NCBI GenBank assembly: GCA_947649285.1
Contig: CANSRB010000001.1
Span: forward strand, 1 to 60,766
From: an uncultured Clostridia bacterium
GTDB taxonomy: Bacteria; Bacillota; Clostridia; Oscillospirales; Ruminococcaceae
Direction: 5' to 3'
Length of the DNA stretch: 60,766 nt
The translations under genes and the position numbers were made by a program. Below are positions 9,533-19,771 of this stretch, piece after piece. Position 1 is the stretch's first letter. Each line of letters opens with the position of its first letter. The notes below the pieces were generated by a model. The model was not told the origin of the DNA. It was given only the letters and a program-made list of their open reading frames with translations, and did not search any database.

Positions 9533-9559
9533 TTTATTTTTCCCTAAACGGGACGAGTA
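9533..9559 (+). promoter_or_regulatory. Putative sigma-28 promoter of fliD-fliS
   Basis: TTTA-N15-GACGAGTA, same pattern as the flgM promoter. Confidence 0.5.
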
Positions 9560-9628
9560 ATTATAATGAAACAAATTCTTCTATAATATAGTTTGGAAAA
9601 TACAGATCAGACACAAGGAGGAATCAAC

Positions 9629-12600
9629 ATGGCATCGATCAGTACGTCAAACAGCTTCAGTGTAAATAAATATTCCAATAAAGGAATGTCCGGCTTGGCG
9701 TCGGGGATGGATACTGAGGGCCTGGTTGAACAGATGCTCTCCGGCACACAGTCGAAAATTGATAAGCAAACTGGGATCAAGCAGCAGCTTCTTTGGAAGC
9801 AGGAGATCTACCGTGAACTGATTAACGATATTAACTCGTTCAGAGATCTCTTTTTTAATCTGGATTCCAGTACGAATTTCCTGAGCAGCAGCTTCTTCGA
9901 CTCGATGACTGCGACTTCCAGTTCCAATTCGTTTAAAGTTACCGGCACCAGTTCCGCAGCGGCGGGCAATACCAGCGTCATTGTCAAACAGCTGGCTACC
10001 AGCGCAAAAATGACGTCCGGCTCTGCTGTCAGCCGAAACGGGATCGTCAGCAAATCGAATGTGGATATGCTGACAAACCAGACCGTTGTTTTTGAGGCAG
10101 GCGGCAAAGAGGTTAAGGTGGACTTGAAAGCGCTGGGGCTTTCCGGTGCGGAGGCCGATAAAGAAGCGGATTATGAGAAAATCAAAGACGCCCTGAACAA
10201 GGCTTTTGAAGACGCCGGGGTTGAAGGGGTAACCGTCGATGTAAACGAAAAAGGCGCGCTCTCCTTTAAGGGCAAGGACATCTGGGTTTCCGGGAAATCC
10301 GACCAGATGGGGCTGTCGATGCTGGGCCTTTCGAGCGGGATCAACATCCCTTCCAAGGGCGGTACCAGCCAGATGAATCTCGACCCTGAAATGGAGATGG
10401 AGATCGCGCTGGACGGCCGTTCCATCAAGTTCGGCCTGAAAGCTTCCGACCTGAAAACAACGGATGCCAACGGCTTGGCGGAAGCGCTGAATAAAAAGCT
10501 CGAACAGTTCGGCAAAACCAACGGCGGCGAGTGGATGGTCCGGGTACAGGCGGATGGGAACGGCAACCTGAACTGGAATCTGGCCGGGGCTGGTCATCAG
10601 CTCCAAATCGCAGGCGATGACGCTGCTCTGGAATTGACCGGCGTTCCGAATTACCAGTCCAGCAAGATCAGCTTGAGCACCCCGCTGAAGGATGTCATGT
10701 TCCAAAATGACCTTCAGGGCGGATCCTTTATTTTTGAAATTAACGGAAAAACCTTTGCTTTCGACGAAAATGCCAGCCTTTCTTCGATTATGAAGGAAGT
10801 CAACAACAGCGGGATCGGTGTCCGGATGACCTATTCCAGCCTGGATGACAAATTTGTATTGGAGTCTACGATTTCCGGCGCAGGCCAGAACGTCCAAGTC
10901 AAGGATGTTTCCGGCAACCTGATGAACAGTATGTTCGGTGTAAAATCCGGTTCCAGTGTTATCAGTAAGACGCTCGGCTCGCAGACGATGGCTGGCGGGG
11001 AAACCACGAACGTCGGCAAGATCGACGCCGGCAGCTTCAAGTTCAAGGTAAACGGCACCTCCTATACGCTGTCGCTGGCAGAGAAAGAGGGCGGCTATAC
11101 CCAGGGCGAGGCCATTAAAGAGCTGAACCGCCAGCTGGAACGCTACTTCGGCTTCACCGAAACGGACGCCGGCAAGGAAGCAACCGTTTCGATCGACACG
11201 GCAGACGGCAAGTTCCGCCTGAACGTGCTGGACGGCTCGGAGATCTCCTTCGAGGGTCAGGAATCGGATCTGGCGGAGAAGTTCGGCTTTTCCGGGACGA
11301 ACCGGGTTTCCTCGGAAACCACTCTTTCGGACGTTGGGCTTTCGGATCTGGCGAAGATCGCCGGGTTGGGTGACAACGCTACCCTGGGAGATCTGGAATC
11401 CGTATTCGGTGAGGGCAAAGGCTTTGTTTGGGATGAAGCAAGCGGCCGCCTGATGATGGATACGGACGGCCTAATAGCACTCAATAACGCGGTAAACAAT
11501 GGTACGGCGACTTTAGATGAGGTTCATGCGCTGGCTGAAAAGCTGTTCGGCACCTCGGACATCGGGCTGGGTGTTTCCGGCACAGCGGCGGACGTAGTGG
11601 AAGGCCAGAACGCAGTCGTCACGATCAATGGGGTCGAAACCGAACGCAGCAGCAATAATTTCAACGTAAACGGGCTGGATTTCCAGCTGAAGGATGTGCA
11701 TTCCGCTTATAAGAACGCGCAGAAAGGCTTTGTAGATGGTGCCGGGAACGCGGTTGCTGGTATTGTGGACGGGAAAGCAGCCTATGCGGCAGGCGTAAAG
11801 GAAGACGGCGGCGTACAGTACCTGGTAGACGCAAACGGCAGCTTTCTTACCGACTCCGCGGGCAATAAGATGGCCTATAACGCAGGCACGATGACAGAGG
11901 CCATGATCGATCCGGACGGCAAGGTGATTAAGGACTCGGACATCGTAGCGGATACGGTCACAACTGAGCGGGATACCGAGAAGGTTTTTGACGCGGTCAA
12001 GGACTTTGTAGAAAAATATAACGAACTGGTTGGGAAACTGAACAAGTATATCCGCCAGGATGCAAACTATAAGAAATATGACCCGCTGACCAGTGCGCAG
12101 AAAAAAGAAATGTCTGATCGGGAGATTGAGCTTTGGGAAGAAAAGGCCAAAGAGGGTCTGCTCCGCAACGATATGTATATCGAAAGCTTCCTTTCGGATA
12201 TGCGTCTGGCACTGTTCCAGAAGCCGGACGGCTCCAACTATGCCCTGTATGATTTGGGGATTGATACGATCTCGGGTATCGGCAAGAAAGAAGACAGCGG
12301 CAAGCTGAGCTTCGATGCTTCCAAACTGCGTCAGGCTCTGGCCAACGATCCGGACTCGGTACGTGAGCTGTTTACCAACGCAACAGACGGCTTGGCGGCG
12401 AACCTGAACAATGCCATCAAGAAAGCGGCAAACCTGAGTTCGGCTTCTCCGGGTTCCCTGGTATCGATGGCCGGTATGTCGGGCTACGGCAGTGATAAGA
12501 ACAACACAATCTACCGCCAGATCCAGGAAATTGAAAATAAGATCAAGGATTTGAACGCTAAATATGAGCGGGAAAAAGAAAGATATTGGAACCAGTTTAA

Positions 12601-12673
12601 CGCGATGGAAAAATATATTGCACAGATGAACAGCCAAAGCTCCTGGCTTGCACAGCAGCTGGGCGGTTATTGA
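9629..12673 (+). CDS. fliD: Flagellar filament cap FliD (long, ~1014 aa)
   Basis: GMSGLASGMDTE N-terminus; KYDPLT...WEEKAKEGLLRND and YWNQFNAME C-terminus. Confidence 0.95.
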   Translation: MASISTSNSFSVNKYSNKGMSGLASGMDTEGLVEQMLSGTQSKIDKQTGIKQQLLWKQEIYRELINDINSFRDLFFNLDSSTNFLSSSFFDSMTATSSSNSFKVTGTSSAAAGNTSVIVKQLATSAKMTSGSAVSRNGIVSKSNVDMLTNQTVVFEAGGKEVKVDLKALGLSGAEADKEADYEKIKDALNKAFEDAGVEGVTVDVNEKGALSFKGKDIWVSGKSDQMGLSMLGLSSGINIPSKGGTSQMNLDPEMEMEIALDGRSIKFGLKASDLKTTDANGLAEALNKKLEQFGKTNGGEWMVRVQADGNGNLNWNLAGAGHQLQIAGDDAALELTGVPNYQSSKISLSTPLKDVMFQNDLQGGSFIFEINGKTFAFDENASLSSIMKEVNNSGIGVRMTYSSLDDKFVLESTISGAGQNVQVKDVSGNLMNSMFGVKSGSSVISKTLGSQTMAGGETTNVGKIDAGSFKFKVNGTSYTLSLAEKEGGYTQGEAIKELNRQLERYFGFTETDAGKEATVSIDTADGKFRLNVLDGSEISFEGQESDLAEKFGFSGTNRVSSETTLSDVGLSDLAKIAGLGDNATLGDLESVFGEGKGFVWDEASGRLMMDTDGLIALNNAVNNGTATLDEVHALAEKLFGTSDIGLGVSGTAADVVEGQNAVVTINGVETERSSNNFNVNGLDFQLKDVHSAYKNAQKGFVDGAGNAVAGIVDGKAAYAAGVKEDGGVQYLVDANGSFLTDSAGNKMAYNAGTMTEAMIDPDGKVIKDSDIVADTVTTERDTEKVFDAVKDFVEKYNELVGKLNKYIRQDANYKKYDPLTSAQKKEMSDREIELWEEKAKEGLLRNDMYIESFLSDMRLALFQKPDGSNYALYDLGIDTISGIGKKEDSGKLSFDASKLRQALANDPDSVRELFTNATDGLAANLNNAIKKAANLSSASPGSLVSMAGMSGYGSDKNNTIYRQIQEIENKIKDLNAKYEREKERYWNQFNAMEKYIAQMNSQSSWLAQQLGGY

Positions 12674-12709
12674 TCTATAGCGGAATAAGGACTCTTTGAG
12701 GGGGCGCAC

Positions 12710-13087
12710 ATGATTCGAAAAAATCCGTATGAAACGTATAAGCAGCAGTCTGTCATGACAATGACACAGAGTGAAATGCTGTTAAAGCTTTTTGACGGTC
12801 TGATCCTTCAGCTTACCAGGGCGAAGGAAGGTATTGCACAACACGATGTGGTGAAGGCCAATACGGCAATGCAGAAATCGCAGAAGATCCTGAACTATTT
12901 AAGGTCAACGCTGGATTTCCAGTATGAGATATCGAACCAATTGTCAGCTCTCTATGACTATTTTGTCCGTCAGGTGATTGCTGCAAACGTTCGGAAAGAC
13001 GCCGCCCCATTAGATGAAGTTCTGACGATGATCCGGGAACTGCGCGATACATTTGCGCAGGCGGCAAAACAGGCAAAAACACAGTAA
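12710..13087 (+). CDS. fliS: Flagellin chaperone FliS
   Basis: NPYETYKQQSVMT, LRSTLDF, LSALYDY. Confidence 0.95.
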   Translation: MIRKNPYETYKQQSVMTMTQSEMLLKLFDGLILQLTRAKEGIAQHDVVKANTAMQKSQKILNYLRSTLDFQYEISNQLSALYDYFVRQVIAANVRKDAAPLDEVLTMIRELRDTFAQAAKQAKTQ

Positions 13088-13090
13088 GGC

Positions 13091-13121
13091 AAAACCTTCC
13101 GGCTTTTTAGCCGGAAGGTTT
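13091..13121 (+). terminator. Terminator after fliS
   Basis: AAAACCTTCCGGCT...AGCCGGAAGGTTTT. Confidence 0.75.
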
Positions 13122-13405
13122 TGATTTTTCCGGCAGAGCGTATCTGGAAAAAACAGGCAGTCTCGATTTTTTTTAAGAAAAAGGCTTTCATTTTAGAAAT
13201 CTCTGTCGAGTATTATTAAGAACGTTATTTTAATTGAGTTTTCCATCAAATGTTTTGATTGGAAATTCTGCGTGTTTTACATATCCAGGCTGCGTTTTTT
13301 CGCGTATCCTGCCATCTCATAGGCAAACGGCAAAAGCTTTATCGCCTGCCGGTATTGCTGTTTAACAGAACCGGCTGTTTGAAAGCCGGGGAAGGAGCTT
13401 CTGTT

Positions 13406-13771
13406 ATGGATCTGTTCCAAACGAAATCATTTAAAGCAATGGAAAGCAGTATGAATGCCCTGCAATTGCAGATGCAGATCAGCCAGCAAAACCTTGCGAA
13501 TATTTCTACCCCAGGCTATAAAGCAAAAAAAATAAGCTTCAAAGATGTACTCGCCAGAGCCGGCAGCGAACCGAATACGGGCAAGTATGACTTTAAAGCG
13601 TTTATTGAAACCGAGGAGGATACGGCGGTCCGTCCCGACGGCAATAACGTGGATTTGGAAATTGAAAGCGCACGCCTGAATAAAGCGTACTATCAATATT
13701 CGTATCTGACTTCAAAACTTACAGGGCAGATTTCCAACCTGAAATATGTCCTGGAAAATGCCCCGAAATAA
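13406..13771 (+). CDS. flgB: Basal-body rod protein FlgB
   Basis: NLANISTPGYK, RPDGNNVDLE; ATG after GAAGGAG. Confidence 0.92.
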   Translation: MDLFQTKSFKAMESSMNALQLQMQISQQNLANISTPGYKAKKISFKDVLARAGSEPNTGKYDFKAFIETEEDTAVRPDGNNVDLEIESARLNKAYYQYSYLTSKLTGQISNLKYVLENAPK

Positions 13772-13790
13772 GCAAAGGAGTTAAACGGTT

Positions 13791-14225
13791 ATGGGTTTTT
13801 TAAATTCTTATGATATTACGGCTTCTGCGTTGACAGCGGAGCGTTTCCGGGTAGACATTATCAGCCAGAACCTGGCGAACCAGAATGTCACCCGCACGGC
13901 AAATGGGGAGCCCTACCGCCGGAAACAGGTCGTCTTTCAGGAACGGGAGCTGACCTTTGACAAAGCTTTGAGTGACGCGGACGCTAAGCTGAAAAGCGGC
14001 GGCGTGATTGTAGCCAGAGTAGTGGAAAGCCAGGCGGATTTTGTGCCTGTCTATGACCCAACCCATCCGGATGCAGACGAGGACGGCTATGTTCTGCGTT
14101 CGAACGTAAACCGGATGGAAGAGCAGTTTGACCTGATGTCTGCCAGCAGTGCTTATTATGCCAACCTGACCGCGCTGGAAGTGGTCAAGGCCATGACGAT
14201 GAAAACGCTGGAAATCGGCAAATAA
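13791..14225 (+). CDS. flgC: Basal-body rod protein FlgC
   Basis: ISQNLAN, PYRRK, YDPTHPDADEDGYV. Confidence 0.95.
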   Translation: MGFLNSYDITASALTAERFRVDIISQNLANQNVTRTANGEPYRRKQVVFQERELTFDKALSDADAKLKSGGVIVARVVESQADFVPVYDPTHPDADEDGYVLRSNVNRMEEQFDLMSASSAYYANLTALEVVKAMTMKTLEIGK

Positions 14226-14429
14226 AAAGTGCAGAAAAAGCACCGGTATGTTTTGTCTGCCGGTGCTTTTTCCGTGAGCAGGGCCGTTTCAGCCCCTTTT
14301 GTTGAATTTGGAGGAAAGGACGTTTTTCACACCGGATGATACGGGAACCGCATAAAAACAGCATTTTTATACGGCTTCCTATAAGACGGGGCCGCCGGCT
14401 TGAATCGGCAATGAGTATGAAAAACCTGG

Positions 14430-14882
14430 TTGGAATATATGCGGTTGGATACCGAGTTTTTTTCCCAGCGCATCCAATGCTCGCGGGACGATAAACAGGA
14501 ATGCCTGTATACCGTGCGGATGCTGCTGGAACTGGCGTCAGTGGCCCGGGATAAAGGGATGCTGGCGATGGACCATATGGTGGATGCAAATCCGGAGCGG
14601 TATGCTTCCCCGTTCCTGCGCAAAGCGGTGCAGATGGTCTTGGATGTTGGCGAGATCGAACTGATTGAACGGGCGCTTTATGCGACGATTGTGGCGTCTA
14701 ACCATGTAGGAGGGAAATTCCTCAACAGTGTGATCATTGCGGAAACCATGATGGCGCTCCATCAGCGCGAAGAGATGGACTATATTTTCCGGTTTTTGGT
14801 GCCTTCCTTTTTTGGATTGGATTTCGAGCCCAATGTTGTCGCTGTTTATGACAATTTCCGGCAGATGAGGCCCAAGAAATAA
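14430..14882 (+). CDS. Hypothetical protein resembling the MotA cytoplasmic segment
   Basis: ARDKGMLAMD...PFLRKAVQMVLD resembles MotA ARxEGLLALE...PFLxKGLQLxVDG; no TM helices; start uncertain. Confidence 0.5.
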   Translation: MEYMRLDTEFFSQRIQCSRDDKQECLYTVRMLLELASVARDKGMLAMDHMVDANPERYASPFLRKAVQMVLDVGEIELIERALYATIVASNHVGGKFLNSVIIAETMMALHQREEMDYIFRFLVPSFFGLDFEPNVVAVYDNFRQMRPKK

Positions 14883-14991
14883 TTTGGAAATTGCAGGAAG
14901 CCGTGGAGGGAAACTTGTAGCGCACGAAAAACAACCGATAGTTTAAGTAGAACTTCGCGCAGAGATTGACAGAATAAACGAGGTGCAGGGT

Positions 14992-17900
14992 ATGAGAATG
15001 AGAAACGGACGGCTGGTATCGGAACGGGTAACGGCTTTTCTGATGGCGGCAATGATGCTGTTTTTGTCCGCTGGAGAGGGAATCCCGGCAAAGGCGGCCC
15101 CGAATGATAATAACGGCTATTATGTCGAAGCGGTTGATATCAACAACCAGCCCCAGCAGACACTGTATTTGCTGGAGGGTGAAACCCTGGATATCAGGCG
15201 GACCCGGGTACCGGATGGATATGAATATTCCACTCAAAAACCGTTTGAGGTATCCTTGACGGAGGGCGGTACCGCTGATCAGTCGGTAATTGAAGCCAAG
15301 ACCACACAGGTCGGCAGCAATATTGAGGCAAGTATTACGGCGGCGAAAGGAAAGCACCCGGGTCAGACTGCCTTAACCAGCTACAACCTGACGCCGGTTT
15401 TTCGCGCCTATTTTAAACGTAGCTCAACCGCAACGGTTGACTTTGATACGGTAAACACCGATGGGAATCTGGTCCATATCAGCAAGAATATTACGGCCAA
15501 CGTCCTTGGCACGGATGGGACGGCGAGCGGGCTGGAAATTTTAAATGAGGGTATATTGGAGTTCGAGGTTTTGGATGTCGGTTCGCCTGCGGCTCCAGGC
15601 GCGCCTGAGAACCCGGATGAAGGTGTAATTCAGTCGTTGGGAAAAGTGACGGCGCAAGGGGACTTAAAAACGGCTGGCTTTGATGGCGTACAGCCCTCTT
15701 GGGATAATGTGTCCCGTAATTCAATCACCGTAAGTATGAGCAATATGAGCGGTACCAATCAATCGTTGACTCTGCAGATCACCCTTCCTGGGGATAAATT
15801 GACCAAAGGCGCGAAGTTCAGGATTACCTTCCGGAAAGAAACCGTCCGCGGTATTACAATGGCGATTGTGGATCGTCAGAATGCGGTAAATATGATCAGT
15901 ACCGAGCAGATTCAGCGGACGCCGACGGATTATATCCTGCTCAAGCCGACGGACGCAGATCTTGCCCATATTGTCAACAACTTCGAGCTGCGGCATAAGG
16001 ACTTCAGCTATAACTATAAAGAAGGCTTTAACATTGAGTGGGAATGGGTACCGGATGATCCAAACAATGCAAACAGCCTGGAAATTCTGAATAAAAACCC
16101 AAACCAGGAAAAGTGGGCAGTTACGGTAACCCAGAAAATGGAAAATGTTTCAGGGAGACTGAGGGCAACGGTTAAATATGAAAAGGGGAAGGGTACTGCG
16201 AATGCGGAACCGGTGTATACGGCGCTTCCAGTCGAAATCCCGATTATCATTTTAGGTACCGGTAAAAGCCCGAGCCGGACGCCGGTAGAGCAGAAGGTCG
16301 GAACAGGCAATTGGACCTCGGTTACGGAATTCCCGCCTCAAATGGATGTCTACGACGGGACGCATCCGAACTGGCCGATCAAGCCTACTCTGCCCTATAC
16401 CTTCCGGGGCAAGCTGAATTTCGGCGAGGGGACATCCAAGGCGTATACTGCTAAGATCACTGTAGGGGACAACGACAGCGGCGAAGTGGAAGTTTTCGTC
16501 AACAATTCGACCACTCCCTATGTGTTTGGCAGTGAGATCCGGAACCCCAATACGGATGTAGATGATGAACAGCTGGTTACTTTTGAGGTGAAGGCCAAGG
16601 AATTGGGGTCTGTCCGGCTGATGGTTACCTTCTATGACCGGAACGGGAATGAGATCGTCAACCCGCCTCAGCAGCCCATCAATATCAATATTACTGCGGA
16701 CAGCTCGCCCAGCCCGGACTGGAGCCTGAAAGCGCTGGATTTATACGGAAATTTTGTATCCGAAAAGGACAGCGGCCTGGATAAAGAATCTTATCAGGAT
16801 CTTCAGACGCGGTTTGAAAAAGCGTATCCCGGGGGCCAGGTGGAGTATGGCTTCCAGCCCGGCCCGGAGAAGCCGACCGAGTTTACAATCCCTCTCCCCT
16901 GGGTCATTGACAAAGTGAACCTGGGACTGCTGTATAACAAAACGCCGCTGGCGGAAACGACCTCTCAGCGTGCGGTTACGGTCCGCTGGACGGATGATAA
17001 AGGGACTGCACAGGAGAGAAGGTATGAACTTTCCCCGGACGGATCCAAGACCGTCATGGATGAATGGATCCCGATCAACTATGAGCAGACTAAGGATATT
17101 ACCGTCAGCACGCTGGCGGATAATGGAGACGGCGGGACGTATAAATTTTCGATTACCCGTGAACCACAGGGGAGCAACGGCTTCCTGGAGCTGTTGGAGG
17201 CGACCCGGGCAGGGGGAGAAACGGCCCTTCCCTGGCTGGATGGGGTTGAACAGCCTGCCGATCAGCCATTGGATCTTGAGCTGGTACGGAATATCACCTA
17301 TCATATCCCTTATGCCGAGCGGGATAAGAAATTCACTCTAAAGGCAACGGCGGCGGACGACTGGGGGCGGAAACCCCAGTTTGAGGTTGTCGATCAGGAT
17401 ATTGATGCGCCGCTGAATACCCTCCGGCGGCTGCTGAACAGTCAGACCCGAGTTATTTATCCGCGATACCGTTGGAACCGGGATACCGGCGAGATCAATA
17501 ATATCAACCGGGTGGATGTCTACTCGACCAGTGCGGATGGGAAAACAACGATTATTTACCATGTGACGGTGATTGTAGACGATCCGGATCCGGATAATAC
17601 CCTGGCGGATCTTCGGGTGGTGAACCCTGTAGACGATTCGGTCTATGAGTTTATTGAAGGCGCTTATGCGGCGGATCGGATCAGCCGGTCCTACAGTATG
17701 AAGCTGCCCTATTCCACTGAAAAAATCCAGTTGGATGCGCTGCCGAACAGCGGGAAAGCCATCCAGGTGGAGGTCATGAAATATTCTACCGACACAGACC
17801 AGCCGCTTTGGAAAAATGCCAAGAGCAAGGTCGTGCGGGATAACGCCACCTATCTGGAATTTGCGGATGATGTATCCCCCAGCGACCCTGTAACAGACGA

Positions 17901-19647
17901 TGAGATGAATTTCTACTATGACATCCGGGTACAGGCGGAGAACGAGGAATACAGTTCGCCTTCTTACCGGGTCTATGTGGAGCGGAGCATCCCGAATAAG
18001 AATACCGATGTGACCATTACCGTGAACAATGCGGCAGATGATACCAACCTCTGGACGGGTCAGTCTACCGCGGGGGATAACGGTGAATTTACCCTCCGCG
18101 TCCCATATGATGTGCAGGAGGTCAAAGTATCGGCGATTGCAAAATATCCGGATGTGACGACAGTTGAAATCAACGGCCGGCCGGTAGCTGTGGACAGTTT
18201 CCGGCAGATTACGCTGGATATTGGGGAAAACCTGATTACCGTAGAGGTCATTCCGGAGTCCGGACGGACCGAACTGCGGCAGATCCTACTGTATATTATC
18301 CGTGAGAAGCCCAGCTCGGAAGCGCGGCTTTATCCGATTACCGGGTTGGAGGTCAGTGGGGCGGAGAGTATGGATCCGGTCAACCTGATCCCGGATATCA
18401 CGAACTATACGGTGGTCATCCCTCAAGGCACCCGGAACTTCACGATTAAGGCAATCCCGCTGGATCCCCACGCGAGTGTGGAGATGGAATATGACGGGAT
18501 CCAGCAGACGCTGGGCGTCGGCGGCGGCACATCGCAGCCGATTGTAACCACCAAGGGTGTTACCCGTGTCCGGATTACCGTCACCGCGCAGGACGGGCGA
18601 ACGAAAAAGACCTATACCGTGACGATCCGTGACTATAACTTCCTGAAAAAGAGCAGCGATGCGACCCTTTCAGACCTTTATGTCAATTATGGCGATTTGT
18701 CCCCCGATTTCCTGCCGAATGTAGAGGAATACGAGCTGTATATCAAGCCCAATGAGATGAAGCTGAGCCTTACGCCCACCCTTTCTGACAGCCGGGCGAG
18801 CATGGTTGTCAAGATGGACAGCAAGGTTTTGAGTGCGTATAACGGCGCTTATTCCAACTCGATCCTGGCGGATCAGACGGTGTTTACCATCGAAGTTACC
18901 GCCGAGGACGGCACCAAGAAAACCTATACCCTGAATGTGTATCGGAACGATGAGGAAAAGCAGGGGAACCTCAAGCCGATCAAGGCCGATATGATTGATT
19001 TTGATACTTCCAACCCGATTTATGTGGACATTACCCAGTATGCCCTGATCGACGCGGAGGTGTTCAAGAAGATGAAAGAGGAGTATCCGGATAAGACCAT
19101 TGTCTTCCAGGGGAATGACTATGCGCTGGAGATTAAAGGCAGTGAGATTGACGGTTTGACTCCGCATGTGGAAACCTATGACCTGCGTTTCTGCTTCGCA
19201 ACGCCGGATGAAGCGCTGATTCAGGACGCGATGATGCGGGGAGGGGAGGATCCGGATATTGACCCGGTTTACCTCTACTTCAACGACCATGGCGCGCTGC
19301 CCGGCCGGATGAAGCTGACCATCAACCTGGGCAGGGAATACCGGAATCAGCAGCTGTTCTGGAACTATTATAATGATGAACGGGATCGGATCGACTATTA
19401 CGGTTACGTCAATTCCAATGCAAAAGGGACATTCAGCGTCCCGATCACCCACTTCAGCACCTATTTCGTGACGGACAGCAAGCTGATCAGCGCGGAGAAT
19501 AAAGCGGGTGTGAACTACGATGGCACGATGGCCAACGGTTTAGGAGAAAGCAGCGATAATAGGAACCCCGGCGATATCAATGGCGGCAGCAGCAGCGGCG
19601 GCAAAAAGCCCAACCCGCAGACTGGCGTGTATGCTGAAATACGCTGA
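14992..19647 (+). CDS. Large secreted surface protein with cadherin-like beta-sandwich repeats and terminal NPQTG
   Basis: Signal peptide; repeated VTAxDGxxKxYTxxxxR strands; ends KKPNPQTGVYAEIR; class B sortase next door. Confidence 0.85.
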   Translation: MRMRNGRLVSERVTAFLMAAMMLFLSAGEGIPAKAAPNDNNGYYVEAVDINNQPQQTLYLLEGETLDIRRTRVPDGYEYSTQKPFEVSLTEGGTADQSVIEAKTTQVGSNIEASITAAKGKHPGQTALTSYNLTPVFRAYFKRSSTATVDFDTVNTDGNLVHISKNITANVLGTDGTASGLEILNEGILEFEVLDVGSPAAPGAPENPDEGVIQSLGKVTAQGDLKTAGFDGVQPSWDNVSRNSITVSMSNMSGTNQSLTLQITLPGDKLTKGAKFRITFRKETVRGITMAIVDRQNAVNMISTEQIQRTPTDYILLKPTDADLAHIVNNFELRHKDFSYNYKEGFNIEWEWVPDDPNNANSLEILNKNPNQEKWAVTVTQKMENVSGRLRATVKYEKGKGTANAEPVYTALPVEIPIIILGTGKSPSRTPVEQKVGTGNWTSVTEFPPQMDVYDGTHPNWPIKPTLPYTFRGKLNFGEGTSKAYTAKITVGDNDSGEVEVFVNNSTTPYVFGSEIRNPNTDVDDEQLVTFEVKAKELGSVRLMVTFYDRNGNEIVNPPQQPININITADSSPSPDWSLKALDLYGNFVSEKDSGLDKESYQDLQTRFEKAYPGGQVEYGFQPGPEKPTEFTIPLPWVIDKVNLGLLYNKTPLAETTSQRAVTVRWTDDKGTAQERRYELSPDGSKTVMDEWIPINYEQTKDITVSTLADNGDGGTYKFSITREPQGSNGFLELLEATRAGGETALPWLDGVEQPADQPLDLELVRNITYHIPYAERDKKFTLKATAADDWGRKPQFEVVDQDIDAPLNTLRRLLNSQTRVIYPRYRWNRDTGEINNINRVDVYSTSADGKTTIIYHVTVIVDDPDPDNTLADLRVVNPVDDSVYEFIEGAYAADRISRSYSMKLPYSTEKIQLDALPNSGKAIQVEVMKYSTDTDQPLWKNAKSKVVRDNATYLEFADDVSPSDPVTDDEMNFYYDIRVQAENEEYSSPSYRVYVERSIPNKNTDVTITVNNAADDTNLWTGQSTAGDNGEFTLRVPYDVQEVKVSAIAKYPDVTTVEINGRPVAVDSFRQITLDIGENLITVEVIPESGRTELRQILLYIIREKPSSEARLYPITGLEVSGAESMDPVNLIPDITNYTVVIPQGTRNFTIKAIPLDPHASVEMEYDGIQQTLGVGGGTSQPIVTTKGVTRVRITVTAQDGRTKKTYTVTIRDYNFLKKSSDATLSDLYVNYGDLSPDFLPNVEEYELYIKPNEMKLSLTPTLSDSRASMVVKMDSKVLSAYNGAYSNSILADQTVFTIEVTAEDGTKKTYTLNVYRNDEEKQGNLKPIKADMIDFDTSNPIYVDITQYALIDAEVFKKMKEEYPDKTIVFQGNDYALEIKGSEIDGLTPHVETYDLRFCFATPDEALIQDAMMRGGEDPDIDPVYLYFNDHGALPGRMKLTINLGREYRNQQLFWNYYNDERDRIDYYGYVNSNAKGTFSVPITHFSTYFVTDSKLISAENKAGVNYDGTMANGLGESSDNRNPGDINGGSSSGGKKPNPQTGVYAEIR

Positions 19648-19771
19648 GGCATTCGACACCCATTTTTGCAGTTATTTACTTTACTCCGGGGCGGATTTGC
19701 TCCGGAGTAAAAATTTATTGGAAAATCCTCCTGAACAAGGGGGATGAAGGAACGATCAGAGAGGTGAGCGG

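Noticed and set aside
13300-13400. Possible c-di-GMP-I riboswitch upstream of flgB (GGCAAAC present)
   Set aside because: Lacks the GAAA tetraloop stem followed by G(A/G)CGCAAA; no convincing P2
14915-14941. Sigma-28-like promoter before the large adhesin (ACCGATAG)
   Set aside because: -35 element is poor; cannot support co-regulation with flagella
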